NCBI GenBank assembly: GCA_951406725.2
Contig: OX597814.1
Coordinates: 22,940,001 to 23,004,000, forward strand
Source of the DNA: Octopus vulgaris
Taxonomy: Eukaryota
Direction of reading: 5' to 3'
Length of the DNA: 64,000 nt
The position numbers and the translations under genes are program-made. The notes beneath the pieces were generated by a model that was not told the origin of the DNA, did not search any database, and worked only from the letters and a program-made list of their open reading frames with translations. Below, piece after piece: positions 23,630-36,610 of the stretch (positions are counted from its first letter, which is position 1; the number at the start of each line of letters is the position of its first letter).

Positions 23630-24710
23630 TATGGCCAATCAGAGAGTGACCCGTGGTTTCGTATCCGTAAAGCATTTAGCCGTTTAGGCGGCAAGTCATA
23701 CGAAAGGCCGAAGGTATATAACCTCTCTGCAACTGGAGGAAGGAATACGTCGTGGTCGATTAGTTTTGTAAACAAAAACTATACATCTAGATTGGTCGTG
23801 CAGGCGGTGATGTCAACATGCAGGACAGGGTTATCTCCCTTACATCCGTTCCAGCTGTTTTGATTTTCGAAGTTACTGTCACTGGTCTATTCAATGATGG
23901 GAGATTTTCTAGCTTGTAGCAGTAAACGCTTTAGATGAAGGCACTGATTTCCTTCCTGGAGTTGGAAAAGGTTCCTGGCTGAAGAGAGTCTTCAGGATCT
24001 TTGATGTTTCTTATTTCTTTATTGCCCACAAGGGGCTAAACATAGAGGGAACAATCAAGGACAGACAAAGGGACTGAGTCGATTACATCGACCCCAGTGC
24101 GTAACTGGTACTTAATTTATCGTTCCCCGAAAGGTTGAAAGGCAAAGTCGACCCCGGCGGAATTTGAACTCAGAACGTAAAGACAGACGAGATACCTATT
24201 TCTTTACTACCCACAAGGGGCTAAACACAGAGAGTACAAACAAGGACAGACAATCTGATTAAGTCGATTGTATCGACCCCAGTGCGTAACTGGTACTTAA
24301 ACGTAAAGACAGACGAGATACCGCTAAGCATTTCGCCCGGCGTGCTAACGTTTCTGCCAGCTTGCCGCCTTCTTTGATTTTTGATCTTTCTGCCAAGCAA
24401 AGCTTATATTGTCTGCTCTCATTTACATATGTCCTCAGCCGTTCAAGGTGCTTCCATTTAGTTATACATGGGGCTCCTGCCTCTTTTAAGCACCATACGT
24501 TGTGCCTTTCCGGTATCCTAAACGAGGACCTGTGATTGTTCAGTCGCTGCTTAAAAAGAGACCCGGTTGAACCTTCATAACTGACCATGACGTATTCCTC
24601 ACTCCAGTTGTAGACAGGTTATGTGTCTTCGGCTGTTTGAATATGACTTTTCGCAAATACGGCTAAGCCCTTTAATAGTGTGGAGCCAGTGGTCACTCTC
24701 CGACCGGCTA
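23630..24710 (-). mobile_element. PLE family C remnant (GIY-YIG C-terminal part) bounded by diverged inverted termini
   Basis: Minus-strand SYEGSTGSLFKQRLNNHRSSF..VWCLKE..KWKHLE..YKLCLAE continues after the SINE as SNSRKEIS. 23630-23757 and 24583-24710 are inverted homologues. Confidence 0.65.
24013..24371 (-). mobile_element. SINE family A tandem dimer
   Basis: Two tail-containing units (24013-24195 and 24196-24371) joined at GACGAGATACC|TATTTCTTTAC. Confidence 0.88.
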
Positions 24711-25168
24711 TATATCAACACATATATATGTATGTATATACTATATAGATAGATTTGCATATATATTTATTCATGCACATATGACGATAATAATGACAGA
24801 TATATTCAAATATATATATATATTTATTTATATCTGCATATATCTCGTTCTGGTCTAACGACCCTCCATGTTTGTTTTCGTTCGGTTTCCTTGTGTTTTC
24901 ACTGTCATGTTTTTGTCCCCAACTTTGATCCTCCATAAATCCTAAATTTTATTTTAGAATTTATGGAGCAACTGTCTTTGAAGACTCATATTGTCGTTGA
25001 ATGCTCGAAATCAGGAGTTGATAGACAGCAGACAACTGATGAAGAGTCCTTTCTCTGTGTTTACTTGTCCCGTTCTCCATTTTTTTCTCGTTCTTTACGC
25101 ATTTAACTCGTTTGTTTATATTTTTCATGTTGTTTGAACTGCTGATGACGTCCTGTACCCATATATGC

Positions 25169-25233
<65 letters not shown>

Positions 25234-25545
25234 TTAGGGTGATGCAAAAAAGGGGGTCAAAAAAGTTTTTCCAATTTTCAGGGAGACACCCTCCTATTTC
25301 ATTCATATTCCTAAAAAAAGCACTGTATACGAAATTTGGGTTTGAAAATGAGTTAATTATAGATTGCTACCAAGCTTTAAAAATAAATGTATATCAGTTT
25401 GTGCGCAAAAATATTGTTTTGTTGATACTATCGCCGGAACCAATATGATATCGCAGCTGAAAAGGCAGAAAACATCTCTCAATCCTTTTTCCTCTCTCTC
25501 TCGGTTAGTTTAAACTGAGATTTATATATACATACATATAAACTT

Positions 25546-25559
<14 letters not shown>

Positions 25560-25582
<23 letters not shown>

Positions 25583-25793
25583 CCTACATACACATATATA
25601 TACACATACACATATATATATATATACATATACACACACACACATACACACATGTACAAATACATACACACATAGATAACTCTACGTACCTACATATACA
25701 TAAACACACGAGCGTACACGTATATGTACATATACACATGCACATACACACGCATATATATACATACATACATACACATACACACATATATAT

Positions 25794-25850
<57 letters not shown>

Positions 25851-26102
25851 CATATATATACACATACACACACATATACATGTGTGCAAACATACATACA
25901 ACTCATACACGCACACACACTTACATATACATATATACACACACTTACACACATATATACATACACATATACATACATACATACATATATGCATACATAC
26001 ACACACACATATATATATACATACATACACATACACATACCTATACATATATATACACACATATACATACACATGCACATACTTATATCTCTACATATTC
26101 GC

Positions 26103-26145
<43 letters not shown>

Positions 26146-26378
26146 TACATATACCTATATACATGTATATATACACATACATATATATACACATCTACAA
26201 TTTGTATCTACACTCACATACATGCACATACACATAACTCTACATACCTACATATACATCGACATACTCGCGTACACTCATATATATACACATATATACA
26301 TATACACACACACATACATATACATATACATATATATATATATAAATATATATATAAATATATACATAATACACATAT

Positions 26379-26463
<85 letters not shown>

Positions 26464-26809
26464 CATACATACATACACATATACATACATGTACATATAT
26501 ATATACATATACATATATATATACACACACATACATATATCAACAATTGAGGGTAAAGTTAATTAGTTATTAATCAATTTCACCAAGTATTCAGTATGTA
26601 AAAGGACCATTATTTCTTTGAGTAAACAATGTCTGAGGGAAAATATTCTCTAAGTAGTGGAAGAGGCTAAAAAACTTTTTTGGCTGCTATTTCTAGAAAG
26701 TTCAGTATGTGGCAAAGTAATTTATTTTACTAAGCCCTAATTATATAATATTTTGTACATACATACACATACATACACACATATATACATATATACACAT
26801 ATACACATA

Positions 26810-26840
<31 letters not shown>

Positions 26841-26842
26841 GC

Positions 26843-26882
<40 letters not shown>

Positions 26883-28722
26883 TACATACATACACACACA
26901 CACACACACATAATACATGCGTATATTCCTACTATACCCATACATTTCTATACATATATACGATACACATATACAAGCGTGCACATACAATATGTGAAAG
27001 GTCTTAGGAGAAAAGGTAATCTGGGGTGCTAGGGGAACGGTGGGATTGGGGGGTTTTTGTGGGTGGGGTGTCATCAATCTGGTTGCCGGGTAGGTCTATA
27101 GTTCTTGTAGTTCGCATACTTCTTATGCATGCAATTTGGGGAGTGTTCTGAGATTTTATTAAGGAGAGGGCCTTTGGCGAACAAGATCTCTAGGCTCTCC
27201 GATATGCAGAGGTCACAGCAGGTATGGCCTCCTGTGTACGAGCGCGCCTTCTGTAGTAGTTTCCACTTGGTCTTGAAGGGGATGGAGTTCCTTTTAAGGT
27301 ACCAGATGTGGGCGGCGAGGGTAGTTTGGTTGGATTTATCCTGTCGCCGGAACGAGTGTGTGTGTGCGTACCAACGGGTCTTAAAGCTGTTTGACGTCAT
27401 TCCGATGTAGGATTTTCTTTTATCGTCAGGGCCTGATCTTACCTCGCATGTATATACTAGGTCCCTCTGTAGGCAGTTGTTGTTGAGGGGGCAGGTGGTT
27501 TTATCAGGGCAGTTGCAATTGCTATCGGACGTTGGATGGGCCTCGGAAAAAGTAGATATGTTAAGTTTTTTCACATTGTTGTTGGCTAGGTTCCTGGCTA
27601 GATTGGGCGTGGTAGAGTAGGAGAGTCTAATAGTGTTCTTATTTAGGATAGTGTAGTACTTATTTTGGGTGGGGAAGTGTTTATGTAGGAGAGTGAAGAA
27701 GATTTTAGCTACAGGTGTAGCAACCTCACGGTTGAAGGGGGGGTTGTACCAGCTAATGTGTCTTCGTCTATTTTTCCTGGGTTGGCGTGGGGCTATACTA
27801 GTATAGGTAATCTTATCTTTAAAGCCACTGCGGGCCAGGGCCTCGTTGTAATAGGGGGCTGCGGTCTTAAAGATATCTTCCGTGGCGGACAGGCTAGAAA
27901 TTCTAATTGAGACACTTTTTACTAGGTTATCTAATATATTTTTGGGGTGGTTGGAATTAATATCTATATATCTAAGGGATTCATTCGGTTTGTGGTACGG
28001 GTAATAAAGTGAGGTTTTTAAGTCGAGGGTGACATCAAGGAAGTTAGCTTTTGTTAAGTTGGATTCTAAGGTAATCCTAAGGCCTAAGTTTTTAAAGAAG
28101 GTGTAAAGATTTTTCCGGAACCCATCCGTGGTCCTGGGGTTTATTTTGTGGAGGGCGAAGAGGCCGTCATCGCGGTAAAGACCACCGGAGAGGCCTGTGA
28201 ATAGGGTTTTCAGCCTATGGAGGATGAAAAGGCCCACTAGGTCACTTATTTCAGCAGAGTCGTTAGCACCCATGCTGACGTCGAAGGGGGTCACAGATTT
28301 TTTGTTGATCCAGTGGGATCCGTCATAGAAAAGAAAAGTCTTACGTGCGTGGAGGATCACATCTTGCTCGGCCTCGGTGATGGTGGAGGACCTCCTCGCG
28401 AAGTTAATCGCGTCGATCAGCAAGCTCTCCGAAATGGAGGCGTAGTAATCCTCGATATCCAGTTGTAGGAATCGGGTGTTGCTTTTATCAGGTAAATCCC
28501 GGAACCAGGTTATTGCCTCGGAGGTCCTATTCCAGAGTGGAAGGGTGAAGCTTCACGCATTTTTGGTAAAATCCTGTCCAGGATCTTCTTGCTGACGGAT
28601 CCGATGTCAGACTTGGTTGGGTTAATCAAACGGACCGACGGTTTATTTTCGAAATGGTCTTTGTGGTCTTTCAGGGTGAAGTGTGGGGACTTCATCCTCA
28701 GGGGTTCGGTTCGGTCATCGAT
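25560..28722 (-). mobile_element. Penelope-like element family A, copy 2 (5'-truncated)
   Basis: RT plus GIY-YIG coding region 27074-28720 with one frameshift near 28545. The low-complexity 3' region shares unique islands with copy 1. Confidence 0.9.
27074..28423 (-). CDS. PLE RT plus GIY-YIG (frame stays open upstream to about 28545)
   Basis: Upstream in-frame FLQLDIEDYYASI; MGANDSAEISDLVG, GLYRDDGL, NFLDVTLDL, SNHP, CNCPDKTTCPLNNNC, LVY..YIG, CDLC, LNKISE..CMH. N-terminally truncated, so not a complete gene. Confidence 0.85.
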   Translation of the reverse strand: MLIDAINFARRSSTITEAEQDVILHARKTFLFYDGSHWINKKSVTPFDVSMGANDSAEISDLVGLFILHRLKTLFTGLSGGLYRDDGLFALHKINPRTTDGFRKNLYTFFKNLGLRITLESNLTKANFLDVTLDLKTSLYYPYHKPNESLRYIDINSNHPKNILDNLVKSVSIRISSLSATEDIFKTAAPYYNEALARSGFKDKITYTSIAPRQPRKNRRRHISWYNPPFNREVATPVAKIFFTLLHKHFPTQNKYYTILNKNTIRLSYSTTPNLARNLANNNVKKLNISTFSEAHPTSDSNCNCPDKTTCPLNNNCLQRDLVYTCEVRSGPDDKRKSYIGMTSNSFKTRWYAHTHSFRRQDKSNQTTLAAHIWYLKRNSIPFKTKWKLLQKARSYTGGHTCCDLCISESLEILFAKGPLLNKISEHSPNCMHKKYANYKNYRPTRQPD

Positions 28723-29122
28723 TTGTATGTTTGTATGTGTGTGTATATATGTATACATATGTGCATAGGTATAAGAGAGAATCTCCTTATTTACCTAAAA
28801 CTCTATTCCCTTTTTTTTATATATATATTTTTTTATTTTTTTATTTATTCTTCTATCTAATTTAACACTGACTCCTTGACCACTCCCCCAAGTATGATAT
28901 TTTGCGCTATGCCTAACCCCAAAAAGTCCCCCACCAACACCCCTTTAAACCTGCCTAAATGTATAAATGCCAATACAATTCTTGTTAACTAGCTTCCTGA
29001 AGATTTCTCTTGAATGAAACAGTTCTAGTCCTGTAGAAGCTCCTTCTATATAATAAATTAATTTTACTCTGCTATGTATTGAGTACCTTATTTACTGTGG
29101 TTAACCCCGAATCAACCCGGGA

Positions 29123-29125
<3 letters not shown>
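28723..29125 (+). repeat. Inverted 3' terminal region (pLTR) of PLE family A at the 5' truncation point
   Basis: Homologous to the reverse complement of about 2393-2730. It ends at ..CAACCCGGGACCT followed by (TA)n. Confidence 0.9.
28991..29041 (+). ncRNA. Type I hammerhead ribozyme (family A)
   Basis: AGCTTC CTGAAGA TTTCTCTTGAAT GAAA CAGTTCTAGTCCTG TA GAAGCT. Confidence 0.85.
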
Positions 29126-29221
<96 letters not shown>

Positions 29222-29987
29222 TGTTGTATTAAGTAGAGTGATCAAAGTTTCTGAGAATTTCCTCAGGAAGACAACATCACTAGTCCTGTAATTGCTATTT
29301 ACAATAACATACATGCGTTATTTGTGTGTGTATGTGCTGCCATTATTATTATTATCGTTTCTATGCTTGCATTTGAAAACTGTAACATATTTTCAGTTAG
29401 GAAAAAAGGCTAAAAGTCCTTCAGACAATTTAATAAGTGATCTCGGATAAGGCAAGGCACGTAAATATGTTTCCCTCGGAGTATTTAGTTTACATTAAGA
29501 TCCATTTCCGCTTCATTGCTAAATGTCAAGATACAAAACATAGTATGTTTAGAAGTGCAGAAGACTTTCACTATGTATCATACCGAAAACTGTATGAAAT
29601 ACAATTGAAGTATTGTAGCAACAAAAGACATAATACGCTGCAATATTATGCGTGCATTGACTTCATATTACTGACATGTTATATGGCGGAATTTCTAGTA
29701 TCTTATAAAAGCAAGTACATTATTTTACTAATTACTTGTATCAGTCAAGAGAAAGCTCACACGGAAATCGCCTAAAAATATGTAGGAGATTAAAAGCTGT
29801 CGATTAGCTCTATATTGTATATTTTCTTCTCGTCAGAGATGTTGTTCTGTCAATAACTCCAACAACAGCGCATGGTTTCCCGGTTGTTATCTTACTTTTT
29901 TTGTTCTTATGACAAGTTGTTAAGCAGGTTCATATGTATGTGTATGTGTGTGCATGTACGTACGTATGTATGTATGTATGTATGTGT

Positions 29988-30075
<88 letters not shown>

Positions 30076-30285
30076 GTATATATATGTATATGTCTATACG
30101 CAGTTATATATAAATACATATACATATATACATGTGTTTATAAACGCACACACACACACACACGTACAACAACAACGACAGCGCACATGTATACACGCAC
30201 TAACACAGTTATATGCGTAATTATATATGCCACTAAGATATTCATGTCGATACTTAAATACCACATACACTCACACCATACACAG

Positions 30286-30329
<44 letters not shown>

Positions 30330-30644
30330 ACACGCTGCATTCCAAATTTGGCACGTACGCACATATGGAGACATGATTACTGGCTTACTATGACATGAAA
30401 TATGCTATAACTTTAAACGTGCATATAGTTTATGCATACCGCTCAAATATATTTACCTGCTCTGAATAAATCTATATAGTAATCGTTAAGTCATGAAAAA
30501 TTAATCCTTACAAATTCTTTTTTTTTTTTTAGTTATCTAATCATTTTTGTGTTACTTAATATATTTTTCATAATAGCACTAATTCAAAAGAATTTTAATT
30601 GCAGCCCTGGGCTAACAAATAATAGTGCAGATATACTTTTTGTG

Positions 30645-31071
30645 GATGTATGCATGCATGTATGTATGTATGTATGTATGTATGTATGTATGTATGTATG
30701 TATGTATGTATGTATGTATGTATGTATGCACGTATGTATGTATGTATGTATTTATGTATGTATGTATTTATGTATGTGTGTATTTATGTATGCATGTATG
30801 TATGTATGTATGTGTGTATTTATGTATGTGTGTATGTATGTGTGTATGTATGTATGTATGTATGTATGTGTGTATTTATGTATGTATGCATGTATGTATG
30901 TATGTATGTATGTGTGTATTTATGTATGTATGCATGTATGTATGTATGTATGTATGTATGTATGTATGTGTGTATTTATGTATGTATGCATGTATGTATG
31001 TATGTGTGTATGTATATATGTATGCATGTCTGTATGTCTGTCTGTCTGTCTGTATGTATGTATGTATGTAT

Positions 31072-31115
<44 letters not shown>

Positions 31116-31140
31116 GTATCTATCTATCTATCTATCTATC
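30645..31140. repeat. (TATG)n/(TCTG)n/(TATC)n microsatellite
   Basis: Directly visible. Confidence 0.95.
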
Positions 31141-31394
31141 TTAATAGAAGTGTGCAATATATATATCCATAACGGCCGATTTAATCGATCTTATCAATCT
31201 CATCACAGATACACGCTATGTGTGTGTGTGTGTGTGTATGTGTGTGTATGTGTGTATGTGTGTGTGTGTGTGTGTGCGTGTAATCCTATTGAAGCCATTT
31301 ATATTTGGTTGCAGGTTGCACTTAGTGTGTACCATGGATATCTGTTAATTTTTGTTCACAGTATTCTACACCTTCTGACAGCTGCCGGATTACC

Positions 31395-31553
31395 TAGTGC
31401 TGGTTTGCTAACGTCCCCGTAGCTTAACGGTAGGCAAAAAGAGCTGGATAAAATAAGTATCAAGACAAATAAGTCCTGGGGTCGATTTTTTTTCGACTAA
31501 ACCATTCATGGTGGTACCCTATCATGGCAGCAGACCAGTGACTGAAACAAGCA
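31395..31553 (+). mobile_element. SINE family B 3' fragment
   Basis: ACGTCCCCGTAGCTTAACGG..AATAAGTCCTGGGGTCGATTT..GTGACTGAAACAAG matches the family B tail. Confidence 0.7.
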
Positions 31554-31556
31554 ATA

Positions 31557-34500
31557 TCTAATATATAAAACAGAGAAGTGTACGTATTCACTTTTCATGC
31601 TAAAACGGCTTCACCAATTACTTCCATACTTGCGATGCATAAATAATTTGATCTCGGACATATTATAGGGTCTTCATTTGATTTTCTTATTAAAAATAAA
31701 AAAATAAAAAAATATTGCTTTATATTACATTCAAGTCTTTCAAAGATTTTAATATTTGTACCTCCGGTTTTCTAGCGTCAGTGACGTAACATATCTCTTT
31801 ATGTATATCTCTCTATCCATCTCTCTCTCTCTCTCTATAACATATCTTTCTATCTATATCTCTTGTTTCACTTTCATTTTACAGACCCTATTCTTTTCAT
31901 TTTTAATTTTCATACGCCATTGTTTAACTTCCATGTTATTGTTTTCACTGTAAGTCTAAGTTTTGAATCGCTATTTACAAACAAACAACGACAAATTACT
32001 GATAGAAACAAGTTCGCAATTACTGATGTAAGTAATTTCATAATTTACCGACAGAAGTATCTTCCTAAATTTCACTTCAATCCGTACAGTTTTGTGTTTT
32101 CCTGTTGTTGACGGTTTCTTCCTTCGATACTGGCTCTTTGGGTCACTGAGTGACAAATTTCCCTTCAACCCCTACAATACTTTCCTTTCCGCTAAAATTT
32201 CTTGTTTACTTTCTGCCCGTCATATTAAGAACTACAGATTTCTGTCCCCCAACACCATTTCCATGATCATAACTTTCAGAATTATGAATATTTTCAGATA
32301 AAATTTTCCATGAATATATGTTCTTTTATGTCAATTTCGAATATATAATTTTTTTTTTTTTGGGGGGGAGGGGGTAACTGTTTGAGTCTACTTCAATTAC
32401 TCTTAGCTTTCAAGAAAACAGATATTTTTTAATGAAATTCTCTACATTAGATTTACTACTTTAAAAAGGTTTCTCAATGTCAACTTCCAGTATTGACATA
32501 AAAACGGCGAAGTCTGTCCCTGTCTAAATTTTAATGTTTTCATTTCAGGTTTTAATTCGCTATTTGTAAACAACTACGATAAATTGCTGAAAGAAATATT
32601 TACTAAGTTCACAAATTTAAACATACGGTTCAAGACACATTTCAACGTGCTTTTATTTATACGATTTTTCATTCCATGCCCATCTCATTCGTTGTTTGCA
32701 ACATTCTCTCTCTCTTTCTCTCTCTCTCTTTCACACACACACACACTTCGGGTTTGATTTCTATATTACACAAATGTCACGTTAAAATCTTGTAATTAAA
32801 TATGTGGCGCCCCAAAAATATGGGCATTATTTTGCTGGAACTCGCAAACTTCGTTTATTTACGTAAAATTTTTTATTTATTTTCTTTTTCACACTGTGTT
32901 CAGCTCCATGTATTTATAAGACACACACGCACACGGGTTTTTGTATGTACGTTTGTATAATTTATGTATGGTGTGTATGTCTGTGTGTATGTGAGTAAGT
33001 GAAAGGGTGTGTTGTCATGTATTCGCACATACATAAATACATATGCATACATCTTTTCTGTATGTGTGTGTGTGAGAGAGAGAGAGAGAGGGAGAGTGAT
33101 GTCTAAGTGGCACACCCGCACACTCTCTCTCTCTCACTCGCACACGCACACGCACACGCACACATACATAAAAAAAGATGTACACCTATTATTTATGTAT
33201 GTACGTATATATGACAACACACCCCTTCACTCACTCTCTCACTTCCATTTCATCTGTGGTTTGATACAGTATGTATATGCATCTGTGTGTGTGTGTGTGC
33301 AGGTGGTGTTCCACAATCGTCAGAAAAAAGCGGAAGAGTTTGCTTTCTTGGCGCTCCTCGTAACACACGTAAAACATTCGTAACATTACTTCTCTCCAAT
33401 GTAAGGCAAACAAACAAAAAAGAAATTGCAGTTGCTGTACCATTGTCTGCTTTAAATTACCACTAAATTACTGGTCGCAAGTGACAGTCTAATTTGTAAC
33501 ATAAGCAAAGATTCAGGTTCAGCAGAAGTGTTGTGCCAATGCCACCTGATCATTTGGGATGAATGCACCATGTCACATAGAGCTGCAAATGGAAGCTCTT
33601 GGTAACACCTTACAGGACATCAGAGGCAACAATAAATTTATGGGAGGAGTTACATTACATTTATCAGGAGACTTCCGACAGACATTACCAGTTATTCTGA
33701 GAGGAACAAGATCTGATGAAATAAAAGCATGCATTAAATCTTCACACCTACGGAATAAAGTATTGAAATTCTCTTTCAATACTAACGTGCCAGCTTCATT
33801 ACATGAGGAACAATGTGCACAACAGTTTTCAACCTGCCTCCTCCAAGTAGGAATTGGGAAAGTACCACTTGATGGGAATGATGATATCAGTTTGGCTCAT
33901 ATTACTATCATGATGAATTCCCCAGCTCAATTGCAGAACAGGGCATTGCCAGACTTAAGTAATAATAATAATACACATAAATGGTTGTGTGAAAGGGCAA
34001 TTCTTAATCCAAAAAATGAGACAGTAGCAAGAATTAACCATGAATTAATGAATAAGATTCCAAAAGTCATTAAGAAGTACAAATCAGTTGATTCAGTCCT
34101 TGATGAAAATCAAGCTGTCCATTACCCAACAGAGTTCCTTAATTTTCTTGAGCCACCTGGAATTCATTCCTCCACATAAACTTTTTATGAAGGTAGAAGT
34201 CCCAATAATGTTTCCAAGAAATTTAGATTCTCCTGAATTATGCAATGGAACTAGGCTGATTCTGAAGGCATTATCACCTAATGTGACTGAAGCTACTATC
34301 ATCACTGGATGTGCCTCTGGGGAAGAGATTTTCATTCCAAGAATTCCAATCAAACCAACATATATATCCTTTGAGTTTAAACGAACACAATTCCCAGTGC
34401 GACTTTCCCCCAATGTCTATTAATACAGCTCAAGGTCATTCTTTGAAATCTACTTGTTTCATTTTCTCATGGTTACTTTGTTGCTTGCTTCAGTGTAGGT

Positions 34501-34722
34501 AGTTTGCAAAACTTATTTGTCTATGTTCCAAACCAGAAAACCAAGAATGTTGTTTACCCAGAAGGTCTTACATAATTTCCTTCGACATATGTGGTAGAAT
34601 TTGTCCTTTCATAAAAGGGGTAAATTTTGTATTTTCGTTTATTATTATTATTATTATTATTTTTATTCTTCCAATATGCGAGGAAAAGTTTCATTCCCGG
34701 GCAACGCCGAGTGCTTCTGCTA

Positions 34723-34723
<1 letters not shown>
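31557..34723 (+). mobile_element. Internally deleted Helitron with helicase remnant
   Basis: 5' A|TC-TAATATATAAAA. Helicase remnant at about 33410-34570 (IIWDECTM, GDFRQTLPVI, WLCERAILNPKN, LCNGTRL, RTQFPVRL). 3' CCCGGGCAACGCCGAG..CTAG|T at 34720-34724. Confidence 0.85.
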
Positions 34724-34801
<78 letters not shown>

Positions 34802-34974
34802 CAATGATTTCACTTAGACATAGCAATACTAAAACTCCAGTTTTAGACCTCAATAGCCATATGGTTTTGAGTAAATCCTTAGCCGAGTACAGAGCTCTTC
34901 ACAGCGTAATAACACTTAATGAATTATAAGGGAAAGTATCAATTGTTTACACAATTCCTGTTCCCTTGTCATCC

Positions 34975-35007
<33 letters not shown>

Positions 35008-35059
35008 CATACATACATACATACATACATACATACATACGTATGTATGTGTATGTATA

Positions 35060-36610
35060 TACAGTCAAACCTATATCAAAACGAATTCACCTAAATACAA
35101 TTTTAAAAACTGCATCGTTTTCATTTTATATGAGACTGAATTCAATTGTGAACGAATGCACTTCATGCACGAAAATTAAAATTAGGCATTTATCTTGCTC
35201 CAGTGACTACATATTAAGTCTGCTTTGGGTGTCGTCATGTGCTACAATTTCTTATTTTATATAAACGAACTTATCTATATTGAGGGGAAAATGGAAACTA
35301 TATATACCGCAAGAGCTTCTATTGCAGAATAATTTATTACATTGGAGCAGAAATTTGCTGCAATAAAACGCCATATATACATGACGATAACAATTCATGA
35401 ATTGGCTGAGATCTTGGTATTCCTGAACTGACTGTCCGAAATATAATAAAACAAGTAGTGAAATAAAAGGATAAAGTAAATCAGCATGAGGCATTTGTAG
35501 GTTGTAAGCATGGAGAAGAAATAGAAGCATTGTCCTGATAAAAACGGAATGTATTCTTGCCCTATAGAATGAGGACTATTATTAAAAACAGATGCCTGTT
35601 TCTGTTTCTGTCACAAGTTTCGAGGATCTTTGCAACTGTGAAGAAATATTCAGTAACCCCACTCTGAAAAGACATTTAATGCAAGTTATGATTGGTTCGA
35701 ACGTTTGCATAATATAAACATTTGTGGTGAGTCAGCCATTACTGACCAAGAAATTGCACCAATGTACCCTACATTTTTAAAAGAGAATATTCAAAGTGGG
35801 GGTATTAGAGGCAGTGAGATTGGATAATTTTGGAAAAGAGTGACTACAAAATATAAAAAAAAGAAAAATCAATTACCTTAAAATGAAAAATCTCAACCGG
35901 GATATAGTTTTTAAGGATCGTTTAACTCTTTTATTTGCAGAAAATGCAGATGGGCTTTCGAGTTATAACCACTGGTGTGTGTCTTTCGCTTACTCTCTCT
36001 TCATTGGAAAAATCCAATTCAGGTATTCTGGTGAGCCAATGAAGCATGCATGACCAAATCTCTTTTTGAAGAACAATTTTCACTATATTTTTGTTCAGCC
36101 GCTGAAGACATTGTAAGTTAAGTGCAAACATTACTGAATATAAATATTGCCTATCCCAAGCCAACCGACTACACTCGATCATTTGAGGGAAATGTAAAAT
36201 GTTATCTTTATTGCCATATACGACATCATTATTACAATCACTGGACCAAGGCACTCTCACGACATTTAAGGCCTACTGCACATGGCAAACGTTTCCACAA
36301 GCAATTACCAAAACAGCAGCTGACAGTGCGATTTCCTTCGCTAATTCTGTAAGAACAGCAATAGTAAATATGCCAATGGCAATATTACTCATGCTTGGGT
36401 GGAAATAGAAGTAACTCTGAGCCACAACCAAACAGTCTAGAAATTGTTATTACTACAATGCGCGCATATATTTTCGAAGAATTTGTTTCTCGAGTGCAAG
36501 ATGCTGTTGAAGAAATAACATACACTGAGAAACAGGTTGGTTCTAATTAATTCAACAAATGTTTTTGAATTGTTTGACCCTTATATGGAAGAATAATATA
36601 ATAATAGTTA
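35060..36610 (+). mobile_element. Tigger/pogo-type DNA transposon, decayed
   Basis: TA-CAGTCAAACCT terminus. Transposase remnants FNASYDWFERL..GESA, KDRLTL and LLPYTTSLLQSLDQGTLTTFKAY (DDE_1-like). Confidence 0.75.

Noticed and set aside
26545-26750. Unique insert inside the PLE copy 2 tail with a GAAA..GGTC half-site on the minus strand
   Set aside because: No catalytic core was found. It is probably a fragment of another repeat and cannot be classified.
29235-29272. CTGAGGA...GAAAC on the minus strand
   Set aside because: No stem I or stem II in register; the core is sequestered in a CTGAG/CTCAG hairpin.
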